In this document: positions 63,602 to 64,000 of the stretch, piece by piece | Layout: each line of letters begins with the position of its first letter | Position numbering within the stretch: the stretch's first letter is position 1 | From: a virus | Length of the DNA: 64,000 bases | Reading direction: 5' to 3' (one strand) | Virus record (IMG/VR): IMGVR_UViG_3300003323_000950 | Span: 11,659 to 75,658 of that record | The notes under the pieces: generated by a model | Told to the model about the DNA's origin: nothing | The model's input: only the letters and a program-made list of their open reading frames with translations | The model's database searches: none | Position numbers and translations under genes: made by a program

Positions 63602-64000
63602 AGGTTGTTGATTTTACCTTCCTCTTCAGCACAACGGCGAATGTCAGCCATAGCAACTTCATTCGATTCATAGAATCGCACAGGAGACACGCGGATAGGA
63701 GACGATGCCTTGTAGATCTGCATCGCGGCAAAGCCCGGATTTGTTTTTGCTTCCAGTTTGCGACCAGCCTCTCCAGCAAGATGAACCACCCACCCAGCGC
63801 GGCAATGCGTCGTCTCGCAAGTATGCCAATCCGACATTTCTATTGAATGGCCCGGCGCTTCGATCGCTGCCAGAACCTTGCTATGGATGTTCTCAATAAC
63901 CGGTATTTCAGGAAAGGCAGGCTCACCTTCAGATGACGATTCTATAGGCTTCGCATTACGCAAGCCGGAGCAGTCGGAGCAGTCGGAGCAGCGGGAGCAG
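63598..64000 (-). CDS. Cys-Ser-x repeat protein, 5' end outside the window
   Basis: Frame is open to the window edge: CSRCSDCSDCSGLRNAKP...; C-terminal WHTCETTHCRAGW domain. Confidence 0.75.
   Translation of the reverse strand, partial: CSRCSDCSDCSGLRNAKPIESSSEGEPAFPEIPVIENIHSKVLAAIEAPGHSIEMSDWHTCETTHCRAGWVVHLAGEAGRKLEAKTNPGFAAMQIYKASSPIRVSPVRFYESNEVAMADIRRCAEEEGKINNL
63965..64000. repeat. 9-bp tandem repeat
   Basis: CCGGAGCAG TCGGAGCAG TCGGAGCAG CGGGAGCAG; encodes CSx units. Confidence 0.85.

Noticed and set aside
1-64000. Alternative genetic code or stop-codon recoding
   Set aside because: Standard-code ORFs tile the minus strand densely and core genes are intact.

Overview
This window is a 64-kb slice of a contractile-tailed (myovirus-like) phage or prophage genome, with almost all genes on the minus strand. 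The host is probably Bacteroidota: TAnnTTTG/TTTG promoters are present and leaders are A/C-rich without Shine-Dalgarno motifs. It carries a replication/recombination module (DnaQ-like exonuclease, ParB, initiator with internal iterons, DnaC-like loader, RuvC-like resolvase, Sak4-like ATPase, PD-(D/E)XK nuclease) and a lysis cassette (CHAP endolysin, holin and spanin candidates). It also has a near-complete head/tail/baseplate module with a -1 frameshifted tail chaperone and a portal-MuF fusion, a distant large terminase, a DNA methyltransferase, three Ig-repeat carbohydrate-active proteins and many small accessory genes. The most unusual signal is non-coding. At 44.8-46.05 kb a promoter drives a roughly 480-nt structured RNA, possibly ROOL/GOLLD-class, flanked by tRNA-like elements and guide-like hairpins. 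The loops of these hairpins are complementary to the translation-initiation leaders of the phage's own genes. One pair of loops matches the capsid, decoration and sheath leaders. Another loop matches the leaders of genes under a shared palindromic operator-promoter. This suggests an undescribed phage RNA-guided translational control system. All protein calls are by motif recognition only; no database searches were run.
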